The notes under the pieces are model-generated. The model had not been told where the DNA came from, searched no databases, and worked only from the letters and a program-made list of their open reading frames with translations. Positions 36,959 through 49,289 of a stretch of 64,000 nucleotides of DNA are shown one piece after another; the first letter of the stretch is position 1; each line of letters starts with the position of its first letter. The position numbers were made by a program, and so were the translations under genes. This DNA comes from Octopus sinensis. Taxonomy: Eukaryota. The stretch is taken from positions 10,540,001 to 10,604,000 of the forward strand of contig NC_043009.1 in the NCBI RefSeq assembly GCF_006345805.1, written 5' to 3'.

Positions 36959-38777
36959 GTAATATTATCACTTTTTTTATCTTTCATTATTCTCACTAGA
37001 ACAGTCTTTTGACTCTTTACTCTCTTTTACTCTTTTACTTGTTTCGGTCATTTGACTGTGGCCATGCTGGAGCACTGCCTTTAGTCGACCAAATCAACCC
37101 CAGGACTTATTCTTTTTATAAGACTAGTATTTATTCTATCAGTCTCTTTTGCCGAACCACTAAGTTACGGGGACGTAAACACACCAGCATCGGTTGTCAA
37201 GCGATGTTTTGGGGACAAACACAGACACACACACACACATATATATATATGTATATATATATAATATATATATATATATATACACACATATACGATGGAC
37301 TTCTTTCAGTTTCCGTCTACCAAATCCGCTCACAAGGCTTTGGTCGGCCCGAGGCTATAGTAGTAGACACTTGCCCGAGGTGCCACGCAGTGGGACTGAA
37401 CCCGGAACCATGTGGTTGGTAAGCAAGCTACTTACCACACATCCACTCCTGCGCCTGTCTACTATTAAAGTGGTAGGATGTTTGTTTGAGACTTGAGTTC
37501 AGGCCAAATAATTAGGATTCTTTTGTAATCATGAGGATTTTTACAAATCAAAAGCCTTTCTAGTGTTGATGGTATGATAAAATGCACCCAGCTCATAGGG
37601 CAAAGTGTTTAGTGATAGGGAGAGCATCCAGGTGCAGGAGTGGCTGTATGGTAAGAAGCTTGCCTCCCAGCCACATGGTTCTGGGTTCAGTCCCACTGCG
37701 TAGCACTTTGGCCAAGTAGTCTTCTACTAAAGCCTCAGGCCAACCAAAGCTTTGTGAGTGGATTTTGTTGACAGAAACTGAAAGAAGCCTGTCCTGTGTG
37801 TGTGTACTGGGCACATTTTATGATGACACCAATTACATTTCATGCTATAAGAATATTGGATGACTTGTGATTTACTTTATGCAATTCTGTCGTTCTTAAG
37901 ATACAGCGATTGTTTTGGTTATACTTCAACTGAAGTGAAAGATCCTTGTATTATGAGAATGTTTATAGTCTGTAAGAATTCTGTTTTCATTCTTCTTTCT
38001 TTTTTTTTTTCTTAAGATAAAAGAACTTTATTTTATTCGAACATGTATGTTGGGCCTTATGAAGGCAAAGTGGCCGAGCTCCTTTCAAGTGTTGGGCCTC
38101 ACAGAGGCAATGACCAAGACCTTTGACATTATATCATGTTTGAGAAGACCCATCAAGCCGAGCAAAATACCTGTGTCACACAAATGGCACCCGTGCCGGT
38201 GGCATGTAAGAGCACCTGTTACACTCTCGGAGTAGTTGGCATTAGGAAGGGCATCCAGGCCTAGAAAACCATGCCGAACCATACTGGCGCCTGGTGCAGC
38301 CTTCCAGTGTGCCAGCCCAGTCAAACCGTCCAACTCATGCCAGCATGGACAAGGGATATTAAATAATGATGATAAAGAATTATATAAATAACAAACCCTG
38401 TCTAAATAAATAAATAAATAATTTTATTTTATGTATATATTGTTTTTGTACATGTTAATTTTTCTCTCCTTATAGTAAAGAAATTTTAAGACTTAATAAA
38501 AGAACAGTCGCAGAACATTTACTGGTAGAAGTCTCAGGATTAAAAACAGAGTAAAAATTTATTATAAAATTAGTTTTGATTGTGATGTCAAGTTTTACTT
38601 AATTAACTTGATTGAATAAGCTATTGAGCAAATATTTCAAGTTAAAATTTATTTTATAATTAATTTTTTGTGCAAGCTTTTATACTTTTTTCCAGTGGAT
38701 TTTTTACACTCTTTTTTTCTCAGTTCTACATTAGGTTGTTTGGTTGTACAAAGTTGCATACTTTACATTAATTGCTA

Positions 38778-39076
38778 CGGCACGTAAAAAGCACCATCCG
38801 AATCGTGGCTGAAGCCAGTGCCGCCTCGACTGGCTTCCGTGCCGGTGGCACGTAAAATGCACCAATCCGACCGTGGCCGTTGCCAGCCTCGCCTGGCACC
38901 TGTGCGGGTGGCACGTAAAAAGCACCCACTACACTCACGGAGTGGTTGGCGCTAGGAAGGGCATCCAGCTGTAGAAACATTGCCAGATAAGACTGGAGCC
39001 TGGTGCAGCCTTCTGGCTTCCCAGATCCCCGGTCGAACCGTCCAACCCATGCTAGCATGGAGAACGGACGTTAAAC

Positions 39077-39115
<39 letters not shown>
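38778..39115 (+). mobile_element. RTE 3'UTR-derived repeat with ~60-bp tandem units and (GAT)n tail
   Basis: GTGCCGGTGGCACGTAAAAAGCACC units...GGAAGGGCATCCAGCTGTAG...GGACGTTAAACGATGATG. Other copies at 25000-25495(-), 38045-38370, 42715-43172, 47025-47345, 51543-52072(-), 52255-52727, 54770-55155. Confidence 0.85.
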
Positions 39116-39116
<1 letters not shown>

Positions 39117-39378
39117 TTCTGTGCTGCTTAATGATAATGGTATGGCATCAGTGTATTTTAGGCTCAGTTAGGATGAAGTTGGAATTAGTTTGTCTTTGAC
39201 TTTGAATCTGTGATCTTTGGGTCAGTAATACAACACCATAACTACCCTTTAGCATTTCCCCAAATTCCATTAAGATGCTTTCTTCTATGATTAATTTTTT
39301 TTGAAATTTAATCCTTCGCCTCCTGACATGCTGTGACGATCTCTAATTGAATTTATTTTATTTGTTTTTCTCCCATAG

Positions 39379-39443
39379 TGAACAATGTGGGAATTTCTTA
39401 CCAATACCCTGAATATCTTCTAGACATTCCAGACAGAGAAAAG
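39379..39443 (+). CDS. HSD17B12: HSD17B12 exon 5 (NNxG motif)
   Basis: catag|(V)NNVGISYQYPEYLLDIPDREK|gttatc, 65 nt. Confidence 0.95.
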
Positions 39444-40885
39444 GTTATCATTTTTATTGTTATTATTGTTATTATTCATGTTTTTATTGTTAGTGAGAGC
39501 AGTGGGCTAGAAATTCAGTTTTGTTTTCATTCCTATTTGTAATCATTTCATTTCCCTTCAGTCATTGATCTTTGTTTGGTAAAGGCCAAACTGTTTAAAC
39601 ACCCATTATTCACTGAAGGGGAATAAAAGCCTTCTTGCCCACGTTAAGAAATATTCTGGCAGAATCATTAATGCAGCAGTCAAATTGCTCAGCGGCATCT
39701 GTTCCAGCCTTTTTAAGGTTTCAAGTTCAAATACTGTTCGGGTCACCTTTGCTTTTCTTTTGGGCTTGATTAAATAAAATACTTGTCCAGTACTGGAGTT
39801 GATGTAATTGAACTTGTCCTTTGAGTGTGGGGGGAGCTTGTCCCAGAATTTGAAACCATAATTATTAAGGTGGTGAGCTGACAGAATTGTTAGCATGCTG
39901 GGCAAAATGCTTAGTGGTATTTCGTCTGTCTTTACGTTCTGAGTTCAAATTCCACCAAGGTTGACTTTGCCTTTCATCCTTTCGGGGTCAATAAAGATAA
40001 GTACCTGTTGGACTCTGGGATCGATGTAATTGACTTGTCTCCTCCTCCAAATTTCAGGCCTTGTGCCTATACTAGAAAGGATTATTATTATTATTATTAT
40101 CATTATTTAGGCGGCGAGCTGGCAGAATCGTTAGCATGCCAGGCGAAATACTCAGCAGTATTTCGTCTGGCACTACGTTCTGAGTTCTTATTCCGCTGAG
40201 GTCGACTTTGCCTTTCATCCTTTCAGGGTTGATTAAATAAGTACCAGTTACACACTGGGGTCGATATAATCGACTTAATCCGTTTGTCTCTCCTTGTTTG
40301 TCCTTTCTGTGTTTAGCCCCTTGTGGGTCGTAAAGAAATAGGTATTTTGCCTGTCACTACATTCTGAGCTGAAATTCTGCCAAGGTCGACTTTGCCTTTC
40401 ATCCTTTTGGGCTCGATAAAATAAGTACCAGTTGTGTACTGGGGTTGATGTAATTAAGTTATCTCCTCCCCCAAATTTCAGGACTTGTGCCTGTAGTAGA
40501 AAGGATTATTATTGTTGTTATCATGAAAGGCTGGGGTTTTAGCAGACTCCTTAGAGCATTGGAAAAAAGGGCTTTGTAGTACATTTTGCGGGCTCTTTGT
40601 TTTGATTTCAAATCCTTTGCCTTTTGTTCCTCTGGTGGGGGTCAATTAAATAAAGTACCAGCCACGTATTGGGGTTGATGGTATCGAACCCAACCTTCCC
40701 TCAAAATTACTGGCCAGCTGTCTATATCAGAATCCATAATTATTATCATGTTTATTATTATTATTATAAACTGATATATTGACAGTAATGACAAAGATAA
40801 AAAACCAGTCTTGAATATCTGTCTATAAGTATGTATGTGTGTATTAATTATATTTTTTAACATATTTTCTTTTCTTTTTTTTTAG

Positions 40886-40930
40886 GCTCTTCTTGATCTC
40901 ATTTGGATCAATATAATCTCCATGACAATG
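40886..40930 (+). CDS. HSD17B12: HSD17B12 exon 6
   Basis: long polypyrimidine tract, tttag|ALLDLIWINIISMTM|gtgagt, 45 nt. Confidence 0.92.
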
Positions 40931-41830
40931 GTGAGTTCCTATTGCAATATCTATTATACAAAATAGACCTGTATGTATGTGTTTTCGCTTTTCACGTGAA
41001 AACAGCTTTCTTTCTTTTTTTTTCTTTTACTTGTTTCAGTCATTTGACTGCGGCCATGCTGGAGCACCGCCTTTAGTCGAGTAATTCGACCCCAAGACTT
41101 ATTCATTGTAAGCCTAGTACTTATTCCATTGGTCTCTTTAGCCGAACCGCTAAGTCACGGGGATGTAAACACAGCAACATCGGTTGTCAAGTGATGTTGG
41201 GGGGACAAGCACAAACACAGAAACATACACACACATACATATATATATACATATATACGACAGGCTTCTTTCAGTTTCCGTCTACCAAATCCACTCACAA
41301 GGCTTTGGTCGGCCCGAGGCTATAGCAGAAGACACTTGCCCAAGGTGTCACACAGTGGGACTGAACCCAGAACCATGTGGTTGGTAAGCAAGCGACTTAC
41401 CACACAGCCACTCCTACGCCTGTGCATATTAGTTCCATTCTTGCATGAATAATTTGACCTCAGATACATAATAGGGTCTTCATTTTAGATTTTTATCAAC
41501 AATAAATAATATTGCTTTATAGATATGATTCACTTCTTTAGAAAGGTTTCTTAATGTCAACTTCCGATATTGACATAGCTACTACCTAAACAATATTACT
41601 GTATTTTAATAGGAACCCCCCCTAATTTTTTGGGCTTAAAATTTGGGAAAAAGGTTTTGTAAGGGATTATGGATAGCCATGTATAAGAAACTCCCATATT
41701 TTTTAAATCTAAGTTTTGACAAAAAAAGTTTCCTTATACACATTAAAATAGGGCAATTCATTGCAGGTGAAATTTTCAGTTTTCATTTGCAAAATCTCTC
41801 TCTCTATTTTAATGTATTGTTATGCGCTAT

Positions 41831-42102
41831 GGGCATATGGTGTAGTGGTTAAGAGCGCGGGCTACTAACCCCAAGATTCTGAGTTCGATTCCAGGCAGTG
41901 ACCTGAATAAAAATAATAACAACAACAACATTGAAAAATACCTTACGAATAAGAACCCAAGTTCGAAATTTCCCCAAGACACCAGATGATGGCTGGAGGG
42001 TATATCAGCCAAAATGTTGTGTTAACAGCAAACAAGATGAGGACAAATATCCGTCAAATGTAAATAATGTAAATAATTTCTCATCTCTTAAATACAGAAC
42101 TG
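41831..42102 (+). mobile_element. tRNA-headed SINE with degenerate hammerhead-like body
   Basis: A-box TGGTGTAGTGG and B-box GAGTTCGATTCC (41831-41905), then an (AAT/AAC)n linker, then GACAC-CAGATGA-T-GGCTG..CAGCC-AAAA-TG-TT-GTGTT at 41978-42023. Confidence 0.6.
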
Positions 42103-43239
42103 AAATTCTTTGAGACAAATTTTCTGTAGCTAGGTGCTCTTCTTGTCTCCAACCCGCATCTCTTTCCATGTAGAGTAATATTTCCTCAAGTTCTTGAACA
42201 AGAACAGTGCTTTTTTTTTTAATGATTGTACCCTTTGTTTACAATTAGTGTATGATGTCAAGATAAGGATTCAATAACACACCCACACATACTGGTGTGT
42301 ATATGTGTGTATATATTCTTTTATTCTTTTACTTGTTTCAGTCATTTAACTGCAGCCCTGGAGCACTGCCTTGAAGAGTTTTAGTCGAACAAATCGACCC
42401 CAGGACTTATTTTTTAAGCCTAGTACTTATTCTATCAGTCTCTCTTGCTGAACTACTAAGTTATGGGTCCATAAACACATCAACACTGGTTTTCAAGCTG
42501 TGATGGAGGACAAACACAGACACACACACGATGGGCTTCTTTCAGTTTCAATCTACCTAATTCACTCACAAGGCTTTGTTGGGCCCAAGGCTATGGTAGA
42601 AGGCACTTGCTCATGGTGCCACACGGTGGAACTGAACCCGGAACCATGTGGTTGGGAAGCAGACTTCTTATCACACAGCCATGCCTACATATTTTTGTTT
42701 TTACTTATTTTACTCTGCTTGCGAAGACCTGTTGGGGCAAGTGAAATCGGAATCGAAATTGAACCAATCCTATGACTGGCACCCAACAGTTGCCAGTGCC
42801 GCTGGACTGACTCCTGTGCAGGTGGTAAGTAAAGAAACACCATTTCGACCCTGTGCTTGAGAAAACCTATTGAGTCAAGTACATCAACATCAATGGAAAT
42901 TGTAGTTGTGATCCCTGTGCTGGTGGCACGTAAAAAGCACCATCTGAATGTGGCCGATTCCAACACCGCCTTGACTGACTTCCGTGCCGGTGGCATGTAA
43001 AAAGCACCCACTACATTCTCAGAGTGATTGGCATTAGGAAGGTCATCCAGCTGTAGAAACACTGCCGGATCAGACTGGAGCCTGGTGCAGCCATCTGGTT
43101 CGCCAGTCCTCAGTCAAACCGTCCAACCCATGCTAGCATGGAAAGCGGACGTTAAACGATGATGATGATGATGAAGCTTTATATTTGGAAGATTAATGTG
43201 AATACCAAAGAGTTAAACACCTTATCTCATTATTTTCAG

Positions 43240-43356
43240 ATGACAAGTATTGTGTTGCCTAATATGGTTGAAAAAGGTGGTGGTGTGATCATCAATGTAG
43301 GATCTGCTTCTGGGGATATGACCTGTCCCCTTTTAACAGCTTATTCTGCTTGCAAG
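43240..43356 (+). CDS. HSD17B12: HSD17B12 exon 7 (catalytic Ser and YxxxK)
   Basis: ttttcag|MTSIVLPNMVEKGGGVIINVGSASGDMTCPLLTAYSACK|gttggt, 117 nt. Confidence 0.95.
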
Positions 43357-44319
43357 GTTGGTAAGCTTTTTGTATTTAAATAAACACACAACCTAAGAAC
43401 TTGGTTTGCTGTTTGTAGAAGTTTCATAATCATTTCATTTCTTTGTTCTTTAAAGCAATAATGTTCATTGAAGACATTTCAAACGTTCCTTTTCATTGCA
43501 TTTTGATCCTCTGATGCTCCTAATTACCCTGATCAGGCAGACCTCTGATTAAAGGTGGTTCAGCCATAACTATATCTTTTAATTTTTATTGTTTTTTTAA
43601 GGAGTCTCTAGGACTACACCCTGTGAATCCTTTTAAAAGCGGGACATGTGATCTGATAGAAACTCAGTTACAAATTCTATCAGTTTGCATAGCTGTATTA
43701 AAGTTCTCGTTTTGGCTGTTCCATTATATACACGGAAACCTTGAACATGCTGTCGAATTTTACTCCAAACCCACACTTACCATTTTTGTTCAAAAATAAT
43801 TGTTGCTTTTATCCTAGTGATTAGATATTGTTTTTCTAGTTTCCTTATTTTTTTCTCTTTTACTTGTTTCAGTCATTTGACTGCGACCATGCTGGAGCAC
43901 CGCCTTTAGTCGAGCAAATCGACCCCGGGACTTATTCTTTGTAAGCCCAGTACTTATTCTATCGGTCTCTTTTGCCGAACCGCTAAATGACGGGGACGTA
44001 AACACACCAGCATCGGTTGTCAAGCAATGCTAGGGAGACAAACACAAACACATACACACACATACATATACATATATATACATATATATACATATATACG
44101 ACAGGCTTCTTTCAGTTTCCGTCTACCAAATCCACTCACAAGGCATTGGTCGGCCCGGGGCTATAGCAGAAGACACTTGCCCAAGATGCCACACAGTGGG
44201 ACTGAACCTGGAACCATGTGGTTGGTTAGCAAGCTACTTACCACACAGCCACTCCTGCACCTAGTTTACTTATTTTTTCTTTTTAATTGGTGTATACTCA
44301 AGGAGCGGCCTGCAACCAT

Positions 44320-44880
44320 GGCTTTCATAGATTGGTGTGATTGGTGCCTTCAACATTTCACTTGCATAGTATCAAATTGATGTAGGAAAAAGATACGTGG
44401 AGTTATGGAACTCCAGAAGACCAAAGTTCTAAGTGGGTAGCTGGTTGTGGGGGCCAGTTTAGAGCCAGACATGATTAAGCACACTGTATGTAATGAGAGG
44501 AGAAGCGCAAGCCAGGAGTTGCTGACCAACCAACTCTGAGGAGCATAGGCCATCATTGTAGTGGTAGAAAAGGCAGACAGAGCTGAGAATATGTCTGTGG
44601 GCTACGGTTTGCAGTGGGTTGGTGAGCAACTTCGTGCTTTTATTTTGATATGCTGTAGACTATGAGTGTGACTATAGCCACAGTGCTATTAGGTTTCAGC
44701 TGAGCTGATAACTGCTAAGTGCTGCAAGAATGTTTAATATTGAAGATTAATGCCAATCTTTGTGGCACAGTATTTGCTTCGTTGGGGCTATGTGCATGCC
44801 CTTAAAGTAATTGCAGAGTTAAGTAAGCTTCAGTATCCTTATGTGCTGGCTTAAGTTATTGTATTCCATCTTTAGCACTC
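44320..44880 (-). mobile_element. Decayed Jockey/I-group-like LINE RT C-terminal fragment
   Basis: Minus strand reads PLQTVAHRHILSSVCLFYHYNDGLCSSEL, resembling the L.HRR....LFY.YY.G.CS.EL pattern. Confidence 0.5.
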
Positions 44881-44908
44881 TACTTGCAGACTTGAACTAC
44901 TGTGGTTA

Positions 44909-45276
44909 TCTCTATATATATAAACGGCAAAATGTCTGTCTGTGTGTGTGTCCTTTATACAAATCCACAATTTTTCAGTTAGAGGGCTCGCACTTTCTAT
45001 GGTCATTCAAAACCGTCCAAGGGTGGTCGTGCACATCTTTACATTTCCCCAGTCACCCTGCAAAGCCATTAAAAAATCAATAGAAGTGACTTTTTTGTGA
45101 ATTTTCTATCCAAAACCCAATCAAAATGCGCGAAACTTGATATGCCAATTGAATGTCAGCTAGCAGTATGTGATTGGTCGTAGATCTGGACAGTACTCGC
45201 GTGTATGTGCGCACGCACGCAGCTGTATATGCATGCACTAGCACTATGATCTGGTGTTGCCGGGTCATAGTGCTAG
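44909..45276 (+). mobile_element. Non-autonomous Helitron family 1, copy 3
   Basis: A|TCTCTATATATATAAACGGC...GGGTCATAGTGCTAG|T. Confidence 0.85.
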
Positions 45277-45458
45277 TCTTCTGTTATATTATTTTAATGT
45301 GTAGATGTCTAACTAAAGAAGTAGATTCTAATGTATTCAAATTCTCTGTTAGGTTAATACTGGTCTTAGAAGGTTCTTTTTTTTGTTTGTTGTTTGTTAT
45401 TCTGAAACTCCTATTCTGTGTTACTTATTTTTATTCTTGTTTTTTTTTTGTTTTTAAG

Positions 45459-45524
45459 GCTTATGTGAAATATTTCTCTGAAGGTCTCAATTCAGAATAT
45501 AGTGACAAAGGTGTTGTCACTCAG
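45459..45524 (+). CDS. HSD17B12: HSD17B12 exon 8
   Basis: tttttaag|AYVKYFSEGLNSEYSDKGVVTQ|gtaaca, 66 nt. Confidence 0.95.
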
Positions 45525-45615
45525 GTAACAATCCAAGTTTTTTTCTTCTCTAATGATTATTTTTAGCAACTTACCTTTGTACCTTAATAGTTTCAACGAT
45601 TAGTCTAGAATTGTG

Positions 45616-46041
45616 GGATCTTTTCGGTTTGAACGGCAGTTTTTAACATAATTTCTAGGTAACTAAAAGATTTTAAACTTCATTTACTGGTAGAATGTGT
45701 TTATTAAACATCTTTTTCTCTTGGCTTTATTGAGAAAATTCTATAGTTTGTAAGATATTTGCTGTTTTTTCCTTCAATTTCTGCAATTTCAACCATTCAC
45801 TGACGTCTATTGAGGTAAAAAACATTCTGTGCCGTATGAATATGTCCCTCGTTTAAGAAACAGATTGGGTTTATTTATATTTATGAAGAAAAAAAGATAC
45901 CCTTGCCTCCACCCCTAACCCTAACTAACCCTAACCTTAAAATAGATTGAAATGCAATAGATCGATACTAGGGTCATAATTATGGCTGACAATTTCATAT
46001 GACATCGCTAGAAAAAGCTGCCGTTCAAACCGAAAAGATCC
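45616..46041. mobile_element. Same MITE, copy 3 (intron 8)
   Basis: TIRs as in copy 1; perfect 8-bp TSD GAATTGTG. Confidence 0.9.
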
Positions 46042-46917
46042 GAATTGTGGGTGACGTCAATGTTTGTGTAAAAGGTTCTGCTAATTTGTATTTAGGTTAA
46101 GGCAGTGAGCTGGCAGAATCATTAGCACACCAGGCAAGAATGCTTAGAGGCATTTTATCTGTCCTTACATTTTTGAGTTCAAATTTCGCCAGGGTCATCT
46201 TTGTCTTCCATCCTTTCAGGGTCGATAAAATTAGTACCAGTCGAGCACTGGGATCGATGTATTCGACTTACCCCCCACCCCGCCCCTAAAATTGCTGGCT
46301 TTGTGCCAAAATTCGAAACCCGTATTAAATACTTTCTCCTCATTTCTCTCCCCCTCCTCCTCCCCACCCCGCACACATTTCCATTCCCATATTTTCAGTA
46401 ACTGAACTTATTGTTCTTATTTTCCTTGAATCATCAGATTAGTATAAATAAAAATGTATCGAAGTATTCTAACAATTTAAAACTAATTAAAACTAATCAA
46501 TAGTTGACCTTTAGCTCTTCAGCATTTAAACCAGCCATAATATTGTTTCCAAATTTTGGCACAGGGCTAGCGATTTTTTTGGGGGAGAGGAGGTAAGGGA
46601 TTAGCAGCCATAGTTGTCGTAGATGTAAGGGACATAACTGCTTTTATAGCTAATGGGATTATAATATTTTCCCCATTTATAAGAATTTTCGTTACAATAA
46701 TTATGTTGAAATACGTCGTGTTTTATTAGTTGATTTTGAAAACAATGATGAACTTTTAAAAGTAATTTTGTCTCTGTTGAAATGGAATTTGGAACTTTTA
46801 ACCTGGAATTTTGATAGGTTTTTATTTAGTTGACATTAAACAGAAAATTTGTATCGTAGAATGAAAAATGGTGTCAGGTGGGTTAGCATCAAACAGGTTA
46901 ATAAATGATTACTACTG

Positions 46918-47027
<110 letters not shown>

Positions 47028-47549
47028 GCTTCTGTGCCGGTGGCACGTAAAAAGCACCATCTGAACGTGGCCGATGCCAGCGCCGCCTTGACTGGCTTCT
47101 GTGCCGGTGGCATGTGGAAAGCACCAACCGATTGTGGCCGCTGCCAGACTCCCCTGGCACCTGTGCCGGTGGCATGTAAAAAGCACCCACTACACTCACG
47201 GAGTGGTTGGCGTTAGGAAGGGCATCCAGCTGTACAAACACTGCCAGATCAGACTGGAGCCTGGTGCAGCCTTCTGGCTTCCCAGATCCCCAGTCGAACC
47301 GTCCAACCCGTGCTAGCACGGAAAATGGACGTTAAACGATGATGATATATATATATATGTATATATTCATCAAGTATTAAAGATTGTCGTATGGGCAGAT
47401 TTTCGAAATCCAATGAATCTTTGTACATTTATACAGTTAGAAAATTTTACAAATATACTTTTTCAAGGAGATATGATAAACCTATCATAATGGGTAATAC
47501 TACATGTATTTTTTAAAGTGTGATGTAACTCTTTGGACTAACAACGTTT

Positions 47550-47640
47550 GCGGCTGATGAGAGCTTTAAGCCATCTTTTATATCAATAATACAATGATGT
47601 AATAATGGATTGTTTATAAAGCTTGAAACACGTGTACCGT
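47550..47640 (+). ncRNA. Type I hammerhead ribozyme motif in HSD17B12 intron 8 (sense strand)
   Basis: GCGG-CTGATGA-GAGCTTTA-(loop)-TAAAGCTT-GAAA-CACGTG-TA-CCGT. Confidence 0.75.
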
Positions 47641-47674
47641 GATATCCTTTGTGTTCTGTTTTTAATTTTATTTG

Positions 47675-47713
<39 letters not shown>

Positions 47714-47788
47714 TACAAATCATGCATTTCATTGTTTAATGATTATATCAAAATACTAAACCTATGTTTTTGAAGTTATTGAATTTAA

Positions 47789-48865
47789 CCCTTTCGTTAC
47801 TATATTTCTGACCAAAATATGTGTTTCAATTAATTTCTAACGTAATCATAAATTTAGTCTGGTTTCATTAAACAACTATAACTTTTTTATTTATCAATCT
47901 ATTAATCTGATTTTTGGAAGATAATTTAATGAAATATTCTCAACCAATTCTATATTATAATTTTTGTCACAAAGTGACTCTAATTGCAGGTAGATACAGG
48001 TAAATTCAACAAAATATAAAATTATTAAAATTTTGTTCAAACATCGCTATAGAAAATGGGTTATTAGCTAATATTCAATTGGGTATACAAGAAAATTTTA
48101 CGATAGAATTTGTTATTCTGGGTAACTTTCTGATACCCATAATAATATTTATGGCAAAATAGTCTTAATTTCATTTAAGGTTATGGGAAACCACAAAGTA
48201 TCCTTTCTTTCGCTTTGTTTACGTTTAGCGTAACGGTTCGTTTCCGCCGTAATGATTTCAAATAGGCTCATTCGAAAAAGTAAAAAGAAATAGTCTAAGG
48301 CTTTACCCTTCTGGGAAAGTCTGTGGCTTGGTCCAGTTTCTTCAGAAAAATCACCGAAAGAAACAGTTTTTAAATTTTCACTCCATTCAGGTGCCAATTC
48401 ATTTTCTTTATCGCCGTCAGAGATCTCAGATTCACTGTTTTCACTTTCGGAAAATGAAACATCAGATTCATTATCAAATACCACGTGCTTTTTTTTTTCA
48501 GTCATAGAGTTAGATTTATGAAGGTCTTCAGTAGAAAATCCTTCGAATTCTGACTCGCTGCTTGATATAATGAAATTCGTATGCATTTTTTGTCAGAATT
48601 ACAAATTTTGAAAACACAATAGGAACAAATTTCGGAAAAAAATCTCCCAAAATTCACGGAATTAAAATTACACTTCGATTATTGTACAAAACTGTAGTTG
48701 AACTGTTTACGAAGTATAATACGTGTTTTCACAAATGTACTAAAGAGATTTGCTCTGATATTCTCATTTAAATATGAATAGGTAAATTCGGGCGGCTTTG
48801 GGCGGTTTGTTCACATTAACCAAAATTTTTTTCGGGCGGCTTTGGGCGGTTTGGTAACGAAAGGG
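47789..48865 (-). mobile_element. piggyBac internal-deletion derivative
   Basis: TTAA|CCCTTTCGTTAC ... GTAACGAAAGGG|TTAA; truncated PGBD-type ORF 48149-48586 (acidic N-terminus, FSEETGP, LDYFFLLF, AETNRYA, W..ITLNEIK); subterminal repeat TTCGGGCGGCTTTGGGCGGTTTG twice. Confidence 0.93.
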
Positions 48866-49289
48866 TTAAATGCCCAACCAGGTTGCAAATTCTCCAAAAA
48901 AACACAGACTGATTCAAACATTTTGGAAAGCAGTTTTCATATTGGGCCTAAGCACTTTTGCTCTGTTTCAAACACACATTGTGAGGTATAGGAATTACCC
49001 CATGCTGTGTGCTTGAAAAACTTAACAGTGAAAGCATTGACATACAGTAACAAAATAAAAATATTTTTATTCAAAAGTTACGTGTTCTCCTGTTCTTTTA
49101 ATATTTCTAAAATAATTAATAATTTCCTCAAATGCTATGATTGTAACAAGAATTGTTTAGAAAAACTTCTGTCTAAATTATGCTTGAATTTAACAATGCA
49201 TTATCATTTAAATACATCCTTCCTTTTCGAACACCTGATAATATTAATTTCCTATTGATTATAAGATTGAATATTTCTTAATGTTTCAG

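Noticed and set aside
41831-41905. Functional tRNA gene
   Set aside because: Acceptor and T stems pair poorly and the sequence continues into a repeat body; treated as a SINE head.
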